This document shows positions 26,270 to 36,800 of a DNA stretch of 64,000 bases, in pieces. The translations under genes and the position numbers were made by a program. Each line of letters starts with the position of its first letter. Positions within the stretch are counted from its first letter, which is position 1. Source of the stretch: an archaeon (GTDB lineage Archaea; Nanobdellota; Nanobdellia; SCGC-AAA011-G17; GW2011-AR17); contig JBDRJY010000007.1 of NCBI GenBank assembly GCA_043814545.1, positions 6,819-70,818 of the forward strand, written 5' to 3'. The notes under the pieces were generated by a model. It searched no databases, was not told the DNA's origin, and saw nothing but the letters and a program-made list of their open reading frames with translations.

Positions 26270-27424
26270 ATGGTATCGAAAAAGAAAGCTAAGAAAACAT
26301 TATGGATATTTTCAGTTGCTGCGTTCTTGAACGATGTAGGTTCAGATATGATAATGCCAATATGGCCGTTGTTCGTTACAACTTTTCTTGGCGCAGACTT
26401 AACAATTTTAGGTTTGTTGGACGGGTTAGGTAAAGCTTTTGTTTCAATTTCTCAAGCAGTTTCAGGTTATGTTTCTGACAGGATTAGAAAACGTAAAGTT
26501 TTTGTCTGGGTAGGTTATCTTTTCGCAGGATTCGCAAGGGGCGGTTACGCTTTGGTAAACACTTGGCCTTGGTTAGTACCATTAAAGATTTTGGATAGAA
26601 GCGGTAAAATACGTGACGCACCACGTGACGCTATCATTGCAGACATTAGTAAATATAAGTCTAGAGGGAAATTCTTTGGCATATTAGAAATGATGGATAA
26701 TTTGGGAGCCATAGTAGGTATTTTAATTTCTATTGCGGTTTTCAGTTTGTTAGGTTTCAAAAAATTATTTTTGTTAGCAGCAATCCCTTCTTTGATAGCA
26801 GTAATTTTAATAATATTTTTTATTAAAGAAAAACACGATGGTAAAATCTTTAAAGGATTAAAAATAAAAAACTTAGACTTTAACTTTAAACTATTTTTAT
26901 TTGTTAGCGGAATATTTGCATTGGCAAACTTTAGTTATTCTTTTTTATTAGTATTTGCAAACCAGTTCGGGATACCAACAACTTTTGTTCCAGTATTTTA
27001 TTTACTGTATACAGTTGTTGCTACAATAGCAGCAATACCTTTTGGTAAAGCTTTGTTAAAATTAGGAAGAAGATCAACAATAACAATATCTTTTGCCTTA
27101 TTTGCAGTAATGTGTTTAGGTTTTATTTTGATTAACCAAACATGGATGTTATACATTTTGTTTATTTTGTACGGTTTACATTTAGCTTCATTAAACGTTT
27201 CACAAAAAACAATTGTAAGCGAGTTAGCGCCTAAGAAATATCGTGCAAGTTCTTTAGGGTTATACCAAATGGTGATTGGGATTTTGGCGTTGCCTTCGTC
27301 GGTAATAGCAGGCGTTTTATGGGAAAAGGTTGCAATGTGGGCACCATTCGCTTTAGCGTTGGGTTTGACGAGCATTGCTATCGTGGTATTATCTTTTGTT
27401 AATTTTAAGAACCACGATTCGTAA
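26270..27424 (+). CDS. MFS transporter
   Basis: 12-TM topology, with a G-x-x-x-D-R/K-x-G-R-K/R-like loop (GYVSDRIRKRKV) after TM2. Confidence 0.7.
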   Translation: MVSKKKAKKTLWIFSVAAFLNDVGSDMIMPIWPLFVTTFLGADLTILGLLDGLGKAFVSISQAVSGYVSDRIRKRKVFVWVGYLFAGFARGGYALVNTWPWLVPLKILDRSGKIRDAPRDAIIADISKYKSRGKFFGILEMMDNLGAIVGILISIAVFSLLGFKKLFLLAAIPSLIAVILIIFFIKEKHDGKIFKGLKIKNLDFNFKLFLFVSGIFALANFSYSFLLVFANQFGIPTTFVPVFYLLYTVVATIAAIPFGKALLKLGRRSTITISFALFAVMCLGFILINQTWMLYILFILYGLHLASLNVSQKTIVSELAPKKYRASSLGLYQMVIGILALPSSVIAGVLWEKVAMWAPFALALGLTSIAIVVLSFVNFKNHDS

Positions 27425-27491
27425 ATTTAACGGATTCTTTGAAAAAATAAAGTAAATTTACAAATAAAAGTTATAAAGCAAAATTTAAATA

Positions 27492-27710
27492 GTGTCTTTC
27501 ATTAACAAAAAGGAGATGAAAGAAGTGGATGGAACAGTAACAATACCAACTGAAGAGTATAATGAATTATTAGAAAAAGCTAAACAGTGGGAAGAACATT
27601 TTGAAACTGAAGAATTAACTAAAGAAGAATTAAAAGAAATTGAAGAAGCTCGCAAAGGCCCGTTTATGACCAAAGAAGAATTTCTTAAACGCCATCCTGA
27701 ATTAAAATAA
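27492..27710 (+). CDS. putative antitoxin of a RelE/ParE-type TA pair
   Basis: 72-aa acidic, helical protein ending 3 nt before the toxin ORF. Confidence 0.4.
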   Translation: MSFINKKEMKEVDGTVTIPTEEYNELLEKAKQWEEHFETEELTKEELKEIEEARKGPFMTKEEFLKRHPELK

Positions 27711-27713
27711 AGG

Positions 27714-27962
27714 ATGTTTTCTGTTATTATTGGTAAAAAGTTTGAATCTAGTTTATCTAAAATTAAAGAGAAAATAATTAGAAAACAAATTTGGAAAAAA
27801 ATTGATGAATTAGAATTTAGATGTCCTATTGGTAAAAAATTAAAAGATGACTCTAGTTGGTCTATTCATATTAACAAATATAGAGTAATTTATGAATTCA
27901 AAGGTAAAAAAATTAAAATTTTAAAAATTCTCCCTAGAAAAAAAGATTATAGAGATTTATAA
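27714..27962 (+). CDS. RelE/ParE-family toxin
   Basis: 82 aa. C-terminal YRVIYEFKGKKIKILKILPRKKDYR resembles the RelE/ParE fold signature (YRiiY...i.Il.i.hRkd.Y). Confidence 0.55.
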   Translation: MFSVIIGKKFESSLSKIKEKIIRKQIWKKIDELEFRCPIGKKLKDDSSWSIHINKYRVIYEFKGKKIKILKILPRKKDYRDL

Positions 27963-28607
27963 CTTCTGTAAAGTTTTCAAATTTTCAATTCTCTTCTTAG
28001 CAGGTATAGAACTACGAAAATAATTCCAAAAAACTTTTCTCATCCAATCAACCCAATGTTCATCAAAGATTTCGTAAAAGATATAAGTTTTTTTTCCACA
28101 AGTTTTCCCTCTTAAAGAAGGATCATTAATTTCTTTAAACTTAACAAACTTATTATCGACAATGAAAGCACGTAAAGGCTGCATACAATGCCTAACTTCA
28201 ACACGATCTTTACAAATACGATCGTTAATAGAATTCATTTTAACAATATTTTCCTGACTGTTAAGATCAACATTAGCAAGAAATTTAATACTAACATTTT
28301 TTTCAGCTAATTCTTCAAAAACTTCAATTAACGGTTTATTATTTTGTATAAGATTAGACCAAGAAATATTTCCGGAAAAAATTAAAATTTCTAGTTCAGC
28401 TGAACGTAAAGAACCGATTAAATCTTGCTTAACATTAATTAACTCTTCTTCTTGATTTTCAAAAAAAGAATTACGTTGAGTTTCGTCAACATGTTGATAA
28501 ATATCGAAAGGCGAAAAATCAAACTTATCTTTACCTATTTCTAACTGTTTAAACAACCGTTCTTGAGCAGAAGTATGCGGAATTTTATCCAAATTGCTCC
28601 AATACAC
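27957..28607 (-). CDS. hypothetical protein
   Basis: 216 aa. Its 5' end overlaps the plus ORF 28563..28922 by 45 nt, so one of the two starts is probably downstream of the annotated one. Confidence 0.35.
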   Translation of the reverse strand: MYWSNLDKIPHTSAQERLFKQLEIGKDKFDFSPFDIYQHVDETQRNSFFENQEEELINVKQDLIGSLRSAELEILIFSGNISWSNLIQNNKPLIEVFEELAEKNVSIKFLANVDLNSQENIVKMNSINDRICKDRVEVRHCMQPLRAFIVDNKFVKFKEINDPSLRGKTCGKKTYIFYEIFDEHWVDWMRKVFWNYFRSSIPAKKRIENLKTLQKL

Positions 28608-28922
28608 AAAGGTGTAACAGATTGTACAATAACGGGAATAGCTTACGTTGCAAAAACAAAAAAAGAAATTGCAAACTTACCAGAACACCAGATCTTAGTA
28701 ACACAGTATGCAACACCAGATTTAGTAGAATATTTTCAAAGAGCAAAAGCAATCGCAACCGACCATGGCGGAGCCACTTCCCATGCTGCTAACATTGCAA
28801 GACAACGAGGGTATGTGGTAGCACTGGGCCTTGGAGAAGCTACTAAACTTATACAAACAGGTGACGAGATTACTATAGAAATCAAAAATGGTTTAAGTAG
28901 AGTTATTTTAAAAGGGACTTAA
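28563..28922 (+). CDS. stand-alone PEP-utilising enzyme mobile (phosphohistidine) domain protein
   Basis: ..AIATDHGGATSHAANIARQRGYVVALGLGEA.. matches the PEP-utilisers swivel-domain signature, including the phospho-His in GGxTSHAAI(I/V)AR. The true start may be internal (GTG/TTG). Confidence 0.6.
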   Translation: MSRSMRNFIQIAPIHKGVTDCTITGIAYVAKTKKEIANLPEHQILVTQYATPDLVEYFQRAKAIATDHGGATSHAANIARQRGYVVALGLGEATKLIQTGDEITIEIKNGLSRVILKGT

Positions 28923-28980
28923 TTCCCTTTATAAACAATCTGCATAAAATATATAAAACGAATCTTTACTCTTATTAATT

Positions 28981-29979
28981 ATGACTGACCATATTGCTTT
29001 AGTTTATGATTTAGACCATACTTTAACCACAGCTTACCAGCAGACAGCTTTGTTTCAAGATCATCTTGTAAATTTACAACAAGAATATGGAAAGAGAAGA
29101 ATAACTAAACCTGACGATTACTGGAAACTTGTTTCTAAAAGAGTTGATTTAGGCATTGGTTATATGGAACAAATCTTGAACGATATTCAAAATAATATTT
29201 TCGCAGGCATAACTAATGAAGTTTTAGAAAAAGAATATGGTCCACGTCTAGAATTAGCACCAGGTTTGCCAGATTTTTTTGAACGTATTAACGAATTTTG
29301 TAAACAAGAAGGAATTAAGGTAGACCACCATATTGTCAGTGTAGGACTTAAACCAATTATTCAAGGAAGCAAACTTGCACCTTACATGAAATCTATCCAT
29401 GCGAGCGAATTTGAAGAAGATAAAGAAGGAAACATTACAGGGTTCAAACATGTTTTAGGTCCAACAAAAAAACCTAATGTTGTTAAAGACATTTGTCGAG
29501 GTAAAGGAAGCGATTTTAAACCTTTTCACGAATACGATATTTTTCACCGAGACATACTTGCTTTCGGTGACGGTCAATCCGATATTGAAATGTTTACATA
29601 TCTTAAGTCACGAGGTGCGACTTGCTTTGGTGTTTATCCAATAGGATCTTCTGAATCTTATGCAAAAGCACATGGAAACTTAGGAAGATGTATTAACATT
29701 TTAGTTCCAAGAGATTATAGGGAAAAAAGTGACCTTGAACGTTTTGTAAAAAAAGCAATCTTACAAAAAAGAGACAGAGAATGTATTGATATTAATCCAA
29801 ATATGATGCACAGGTACAGATATGGAAAAGTTTTCCCTTCAGAAGCACAATTGATTGAAAACCATTTACGAACAAATTGCCCTGAATGTAAAATCGAAGA
29901 AGAGCTCTTAGCAGTCCCACCAAGGTATACAGATAAAGAAGATCCATTGTATCACGTTAAACGTAACGGTTTCTCTTAG
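28981..29979 (+). CDS. HAD-superfamily hydrolase with C-terminal CxxC-containing extension
   Basis: Motif I VYDLDHTLT (DxDxT). Motif IV AFGDGQSDIEMF (GDGxxD). C-terminal CPECK. Confidence 0.6.
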   Translation: MTDHIALVYDLDHTLTTAYQQTALFQDHLVNLQQEYGKRRITKPDDYWKLVSKRVDLGIGYMEQILNDIQNNIFAGITNEVLEKEYGPRLELAPGLPDFFERINEFCKQEGIKVDHHIVSVGLKPIIQGSKLAPYMKSIHASEFEEDKEGNITGFKHVLGPTKKPNVVKDICRGKGSDFKPFHEYDIFHRDILAFGDGQSDIEMFTYLKSRGATCFGVYPIGSSESYAKAHGNLGRCINILVPRDYREKSDLERFVKKAILQKRDRECIDINPNMMHRYRYGKVFPSEAQLIENHLRTNCPECKIEEELLAVPPRYTDKEDPLYHVKRNGFS

Positions 29980-29993
29980 CTTAAAAAATAATT

Positions 29994-30818
29994 CTACAAT
30001 AACTTCTGTTTTTTAACATAAAGAACATAAAATGTTCTAAACAATCCTAACAGTATTACAAAGATTAATACAAAAATAATACCTAGCACTATACCAACTA
30101 TAGACTGTCCCACTAAAGAAACTAATAAACTAAAATAAAAAAATAAAAATAATAAAGTTAAAAATAAGAACAGTAAAAATAATGGAAACAATTTAAAAAA
30201 TTTCTTAAAACTTATTTGAACAAGTTTACCAAAATTAGATAAGTCAAGTTTTGTCAAAACAGCATAACTCAAAAACATTACATACAAAACAAAAGCTAAC
30301 AAGATTAAACCTAAAACTAGTTTAGAAAAAAAGTAAGGGACTTCTTCAAACAATACCGATGTTATCATGTCAAGAACCATTTTCAGTAACAAAGTTAATA
30401 TTAAAATTCCTGGAAAACTTAAAGCAAAAAACTTATACATGTGCTCAGAGTTGTAAAACTTTGAACTTTTAATTAAGTTAAAACTAAAACCTTGCGAAAG
30501 ACACCATAAAATAAAAAAACCTATTGGTATTATGATATAAAAAAACACTTGGATTTTAGCAGTGATAGGGTATAACTGTTCTAACAAAGTTGTAAACTGT
30601 AACTGTGCCATTGTTGCGTTTTCAACGAAAAGATTTTGTACTGTACTAATCTGGTCTTGAAACAACTGTATCTGGACAAAATACGTTTTTAATTTAAACC
30701 TAGAATATAAAACTAGTAAAGAAAGGAAAAAAACAAAGGCTAAATCTAAGACTAAAAACTTCCACCATTTATTAAAATACAATTCAAAGGATTTTTTTAT
30801 CAAAGATTTCATTTTCAA
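29994..30818 (-). CDS. polytopic membrane protein. Last gene of the giant-protein operon
   Basis: Multiple hydrophobic helices. Its start overlaps the stop of the 2745-aa gene by 4 nt. Confidence 0.5.
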   Translation of the reverse strand: MKMKSLIKKSFELYFNKWWKFLVLDLAFVFFLSLLVLYSRFKLKTYFVQIQLFQDQISTVQNLFVENATMAQLQFTTLLEQLYPITAKIQVFFYIIIPIGFFILWCLSQGFSFNLIKSSKFYNSEHMYKFFALSFPGILILTLLLKMVLDMITSVLFEEVPYFFSKLVLGLILLAFVLYVMFLSYAVLTKLDLSNFGKLVQISFKKFFKLFPLFLLFLFLTLLFLFFYFSLLVSLVGQSIVGIVLGIIFVLIFVILLGLFRTFYVLYVKKQKLL

Positions 30819-33800
30819 GCATTAGTACAATAAAATTTCGTAGTCCCTTCAATAAGAGCAAGTTCACAATTTCCAATATCACATATATCATTAGCGCAAG
30901 CTTGAGCAAGCATAGTCGAACCACCATAAACAGATTCAAAGATCAAACTATTATAACTATAACAATAATCTAATCCAAAGTCATAACATGAAAAACATCC
31001 GGAAGCACCTTGTTCAGTTGTACCTAAAAAACAACCATCAATCGCCACACATTTGTCATAGGATGTCCTTGTCCCATCATTACAATCTTCACAAGAAGAA
31101 CAATCTATTTCACCTACACCTGTCAATTGTTCAACATCATAAACATTTAAACCAGCATCCTGGCACGAAGCTTCATCACCTTCTTCTAAATAAAAATAAT
31201 CGCAGCCTAAATTACAAGGATCTTCCTTACAAGTCAACTCAACACTGGAATAAAGCGTCCCTAAATCTGAATAAGTAAAATCAAATACTTTAGTATTATA
31301 ATCATTACAATAATTAATCTCGCTACAATCGCCACACTCCGGACCAGTTCCCCCTTGATACAAAACACAATCGCCGTAATCCTTCATACATATATCATAA
31401 ATTGTTGCAATAGAAGTATCTGCTTGCCAGTATTCGTAAAGTGAATTATAATTTTCACAAACTTTTTCTTCACAAACATTATTTAATTCATCCCAAATAC
31501 ATTCTCCAACACCACATGCGTCAAGCCCACATTCTTTCTGTGCAAAAGATTCATCTAAAACATACCATTCTTCATAATCATAAATACCGTCGTAAGCATA
31601 AGTTGAATAATCAACACAAACGTCAATAGCGTTACAATCTTTGCAATACGATTTACCACCCTCATCACCTAAAAAACATTGACCTCGGTTATAATAATCT
31701 TGATGACACTCGTCAAACGCTTCATTATCTCCTGAAAAACAATCTTTGCCACAATCAGTACAATCGTATTTAGTAACTGAAACACATTCACCACCAAAAT
31801 CTAAACTAGAATCTTCACGCCACGAACAAGTGCCAAACCCGCACGAATCCATTTCACATTCTTTCTGTGCAAAATATTCACCGTCGTACTTATTATCATA
31901 CGCATAATTATAAGTTTCACAATCAGTAATAGCATCGCATGAACGACAATAAGCATTATCGTTATCAAAAGGAGATACAATCAAAACACATTCACCATTT
32001 TCATAATCACGGCTATGACATAAGTCAAAAGCGTTTTCATTTCCCTTAACACAATCATTACACTCTTCACAACTTAAAGCAGTCTTACAACTACCACCAG
32101 CGTTTAAAGTATCATCCTCTTCCCAATAACAAGGACCTTTACTACAACTATCCAATTCACACTCTTTTTTGTAAAAATGTTCATTATCAGTCGCAACACC
32201 GTAATAAGTATAATGTGACATAGAATAACTTTCACATGAAGTTATACCTTGTGAATAAGTCCAGCCCCAATTAACAAGACCAAACGTCCAACTATCACCC
32301 AAACAACTTTTACATTCAGGTTCGCCATTAGCATCATCGCCAAGGAAACAAGCAGTACCTTCAGTCGTACCGTCGTCAGAAAGGTAAACCGTGTCAAGGT
32401 CCGTCGCATAATAACCTACTTGATGACATTTGTCAAATATTGCATTTGCATCTAAAGCAGTGTTAGCATAATCACAAGTTTCATATTGTATTGTAGTAAT
32501 CTCAGGCACACAGTTATGATTTTCGCAAGTGTAAGCTATACCACCATAATAAGCAACATCCAAATCTTCATAATAAGTACCACAATCAGCAGTCGTGCTA
32601 CAATAGTCAGGATAAACATCTTCCTCTAAAGTATTTTCAAGATAACAATAACTGTTTTCACCTTCAGAAAGACATTCATAACCACTAGGACAACCTGTCG
32701 ATGGATAGTCGCAACTTATCCTAGAATCAATAGGGTAACAAGAGTGATACTTACATTCATATTCAATATCTTCATTATTATATACTGTACACTCAGAATC
32801 AACATCACACCAAGTTACAGCAACTCCTGTAAGTTCAAACGTTTGACAATAACCTGCAACACAAACATAATCAGTATTATCAGAACAAAGATTCTTTTCG
32901 TCGCATTCAATCAAACAAACTCCGCTTAAACAATCAGAACCGTCCACACACGTGTTGCCATAGTCACATTTAGGGAACTGTGTTTGTGCATTAGCGTTAA
33001 CATCTTTAGTAGGATTATAATCATAACATAAACCACTAATACAAATTTGGTTGGCAGGATCAGGACAAGGATTAGCATCGTCACAATCAGCAAAACAATA
33101 ACCATCTAAACATTCGCCACCAAGACAATATCCATCATCACATCTTGGTACAGTTATCGAACCAAGCTCTTCAGTAAAACTACCAATATCATCAGTCTTC
33201 AAACAATAATCAGATTTGATACATTCGTAGTCAATGGTAGGACAATCTTCATCTTTATCACACTCAAGCCAACAATCATCACCGTAACAAAGAGCATCTT
33301 GTTTTACACAACAAAGTTCAGGGTCAGAATTACATAACTTGGGCGAACACGAAGCAGAAACATCACACGAACTATAATATTCCCAAATACCATTTTGACA
33401 TTTGCCAACAGTAAGAGACACACCAGTAAGAGACACACCATAATAATCACTAATAATATCTAAGCACGCATAATCTTGATTATCATCAGAACAATCGCTG
33501 CCATATTCAAAATATCCTACATCAACTTGAACAACTTCTTCTTCGACAACAGTTGTAGTAGTTGTAGTAATATCATCTGCAGCTTCAAGCGCAGCTTCTT
33601 CTACGTCAGACAAAGGTTCTAAACCTTCATCTTCACCCATCAGAGTTTGCGTATCAGTTGTCTTCATACCACCCATTGTTTTGAACAACTGTCCGATTTT
33701 GTAAAGAGACTGCAATTCTACATCTGGAGATAAAGTACGCTCATACAAATCATTAAAGGCATTAACCAACTCCACCATTTCATTCATTGTTGTAGCTGTT

Positions 33801-36800
33801 CCAACTGCTTCTTCAAGAGTATCTAACATGTTCACGCTATCGTCTAAATCTAAAAGATCGTCAATGCCTAATTCATCTTTAATTTCTTCAATGCCAATAG
33901 CTTCAAGTTCAGTTGAAACAGTTTCGTACCTTTGAGTATCCTGAATAGTAATTGTTCTTGAATCAAGCCAACATCCGCCTAAGCTACGACCTTCACTATC
34001 CTCACCACAAGTTCCAACATACAACCAGTCGTTAGGGTTAGTACCTGACCCTGGATTATTAACTGCACATATTCTAATTAAACCAGTTGTTAACATGTCA
34101 ACATCATAAGGAGTAGTAAAACTTAACAAACTCGGGCTTGTGCGCGGAGCGCTAGGAACACAATCAGATTCTGAATCAATTTCGCGGCTTAACTCGTCTT
34201 GCACTAACAAGTCGTTCAAGTAATCTAAACTGAACGCAGTGCTAACCGAACCAAAACCACAATGTTCAACACCGTTTATCCTGACACAAATTTCATCATA
34301 ACCTTCAGTCGTTGCACAATCAACAGTATAATCTGCCATCTCGCCTTTCGCAATTGTCGACGAACGTTTACCACAAGTTTCAGTCACGTAGTAAGGCCAT
34401 AAAGTTCCAGTAGAACTTTTCAGGTAAACACTATACGTAGCATCTTCATCTTCGCCAGCATAAATATGATAATAAGATTGGTACGCTTCTTGTTGTTGAG
34501 TTTCAGCATAAGGTTTTACAGTTAAAAGAGCTGTGAACTGTGGCGGACTTTCAGGCTCAGTCAACTGCGTAAACAAGTCACCGAACTCAGGCATCTTACC
34601 AAAAATCGCTTGCTTACAAATCAAAGCACCTATCTCTTCAGTTGACCTTCCTTGGAAAGCTGAAAACGCTGTCTGAGCATAATCTTGTGTAAAATATTCA
34701 ATCGAGTTAGCAGCATTTTCAAAACTTGTCTGGAAAGTTAAATATTCGCCACCGCCTTCCTGTTGACCAAACACTTTTTCTGATAACAGTTCTAGGATAC
34801 CACCGTTAGCGTTAAAAATATTTATCAGTTCCCTAGCAATCATTTCACAAACGAAAACTGACCTAATCTTATCACAAATTCCGACAGACGTACCTTCAAA
34901 CTTAGCAGCTTCAAGACATTCAACATACCCTTCCATGAAAGACTGTATGTTTTGTAAACCTGCCAATACGCCAGTAAGACATACAGGCACCATATCTCCA
35001 CTGCCCCAAGGTAAAACTATCGAACCAATCAAACCTGTTTCAACTACGTTATTCACGTTCCATCTTCCACCTAAGTTAAACCGAGAAGTAGGACACATTA
35101 CAGGATCACATACATTAAACATAAGTTTACAATCGCCAGGGTTCATTACATCGTAACATGTCATTGACGCGCCAGGATCAATTGATTTTGCTTTACCTGA
35201 ACTAATCACAAAACTTGTACCTTCAATTGAAACAATTTCACCATCACTTTTACCTTCCATTTTTCTTATCGCTCGTTCAACTGACGACCTTAACCGATTA
35301 TACGTGCTATGTTCTAACTCTAACTGGCTACTATGCATAATTAAAACATCATCACCTGTACACAACCGACCGTCAGCGCCAACGTTCCACAATTCTAAAG
35401 TGTCAGGCGACCCGTCTTTATAGAAATCTAAGATTTTCACAAACTCGCCATTATTAGTTGGCACACAATATGGTTTATCATCACCATAACGCTCAATAGG
35501 AGGTATACCTGCATAATCAGTACGCGTTGTAAAACTTGAAAACGCTGTAACTTGCGCAACATAAAGCTTGTTAGTATCTTTATCAATGTAAACTTCGCCT
35601 TGCTCAGTCGCAACAACTGCAGTCAAATCATTTTCATAACTAGAAGCAATACGATCCATATCCTTAGATATTTCTTCAAGCTCAGCACCAGTAGCAGTTT
35701 TATTTTTATTTTCAAGATAAGTCTGATATTCTTCAACATCTAAAGGCGTTAAAACTAAAACTCCTGATAAAGTGTCAGCATAAATATTATTATCACTTTC
35801 TTTTTTGTAAACTGAAGTTAAAACATCAACAGTATCACTATTAATATACCTGAACTCAGACGGTGTAACTTCAGGTTCAGTTAACGCTTGATTATACAAG
35901 TTAGTAAAAATTCGATTTTGTTCGTCTTCATGTTCACTAAAATAATTTTTCCATTCTTTTGATTTAGTTGCATTAACAGCAGTGTTACAAGCGTCTTGCT
36001 TTTCCTTATTAGATAACGTAAAACCTGCAAGGTTAGTATTGGTTTCAGCTTGAAGATTATATTCTTGCGTGCCTGATAACGAATTATAACTTCTAGTTTT
36101 TGACATACCTGTCCAGTAAGCATGATTACGCAAAGCTTCCAAGTCATGGAACTCACTCGCACCTAAATACTCAACACACGTGTTCATGTCATCATAACCA
36201 GTTGTAAGATTCTTGTACCATTCTTGCGACAAATAATTATCGTCAGTAAACTGGTTGTTCACATCTGATACAACAGTTTTCGTGTCAGCTATCTGTTGTG
36301 TTATCTCGGACGAATGTGTAGCAATACAATCATCAAACGTTTGATGTAATTTACCTGAACCAGAGTTAGCTTGACAGTAAGCATACCATCCACTTTGACC
36401 ATCCTGGCCACGCATTACAAAACTTCTAGCTTGCGAAGTTGAAAATCCAGATAAGAATGAATTTTTCACTGTTAAGAAACCAAACGTTGCAAGGCAAACA
36501 GTTTTCCAAGTCTTAACCAATTTTTCTAAAGTATCAATAGTATTTTGCAACTTCTCAATTTGCTGCTGAGTTTTATTTATTTTTTGATCAATATTTTTCG
36601 GTGTTAAATTAAACGCAGCTTTGTCGACAGTAATATGCATTGAAAAGTTTGACCTGCTAATCAATTCACGACCAGTACCAGGTATGATTGAAACATGCGC
36701 ACGTTTATACAACTCAACATCATCAACGCGTACATTATAACCGTCAACAGATTCAGTATCACTTAAACTAATTGTTTTTGTTGAAAACGTTGGACTTACT

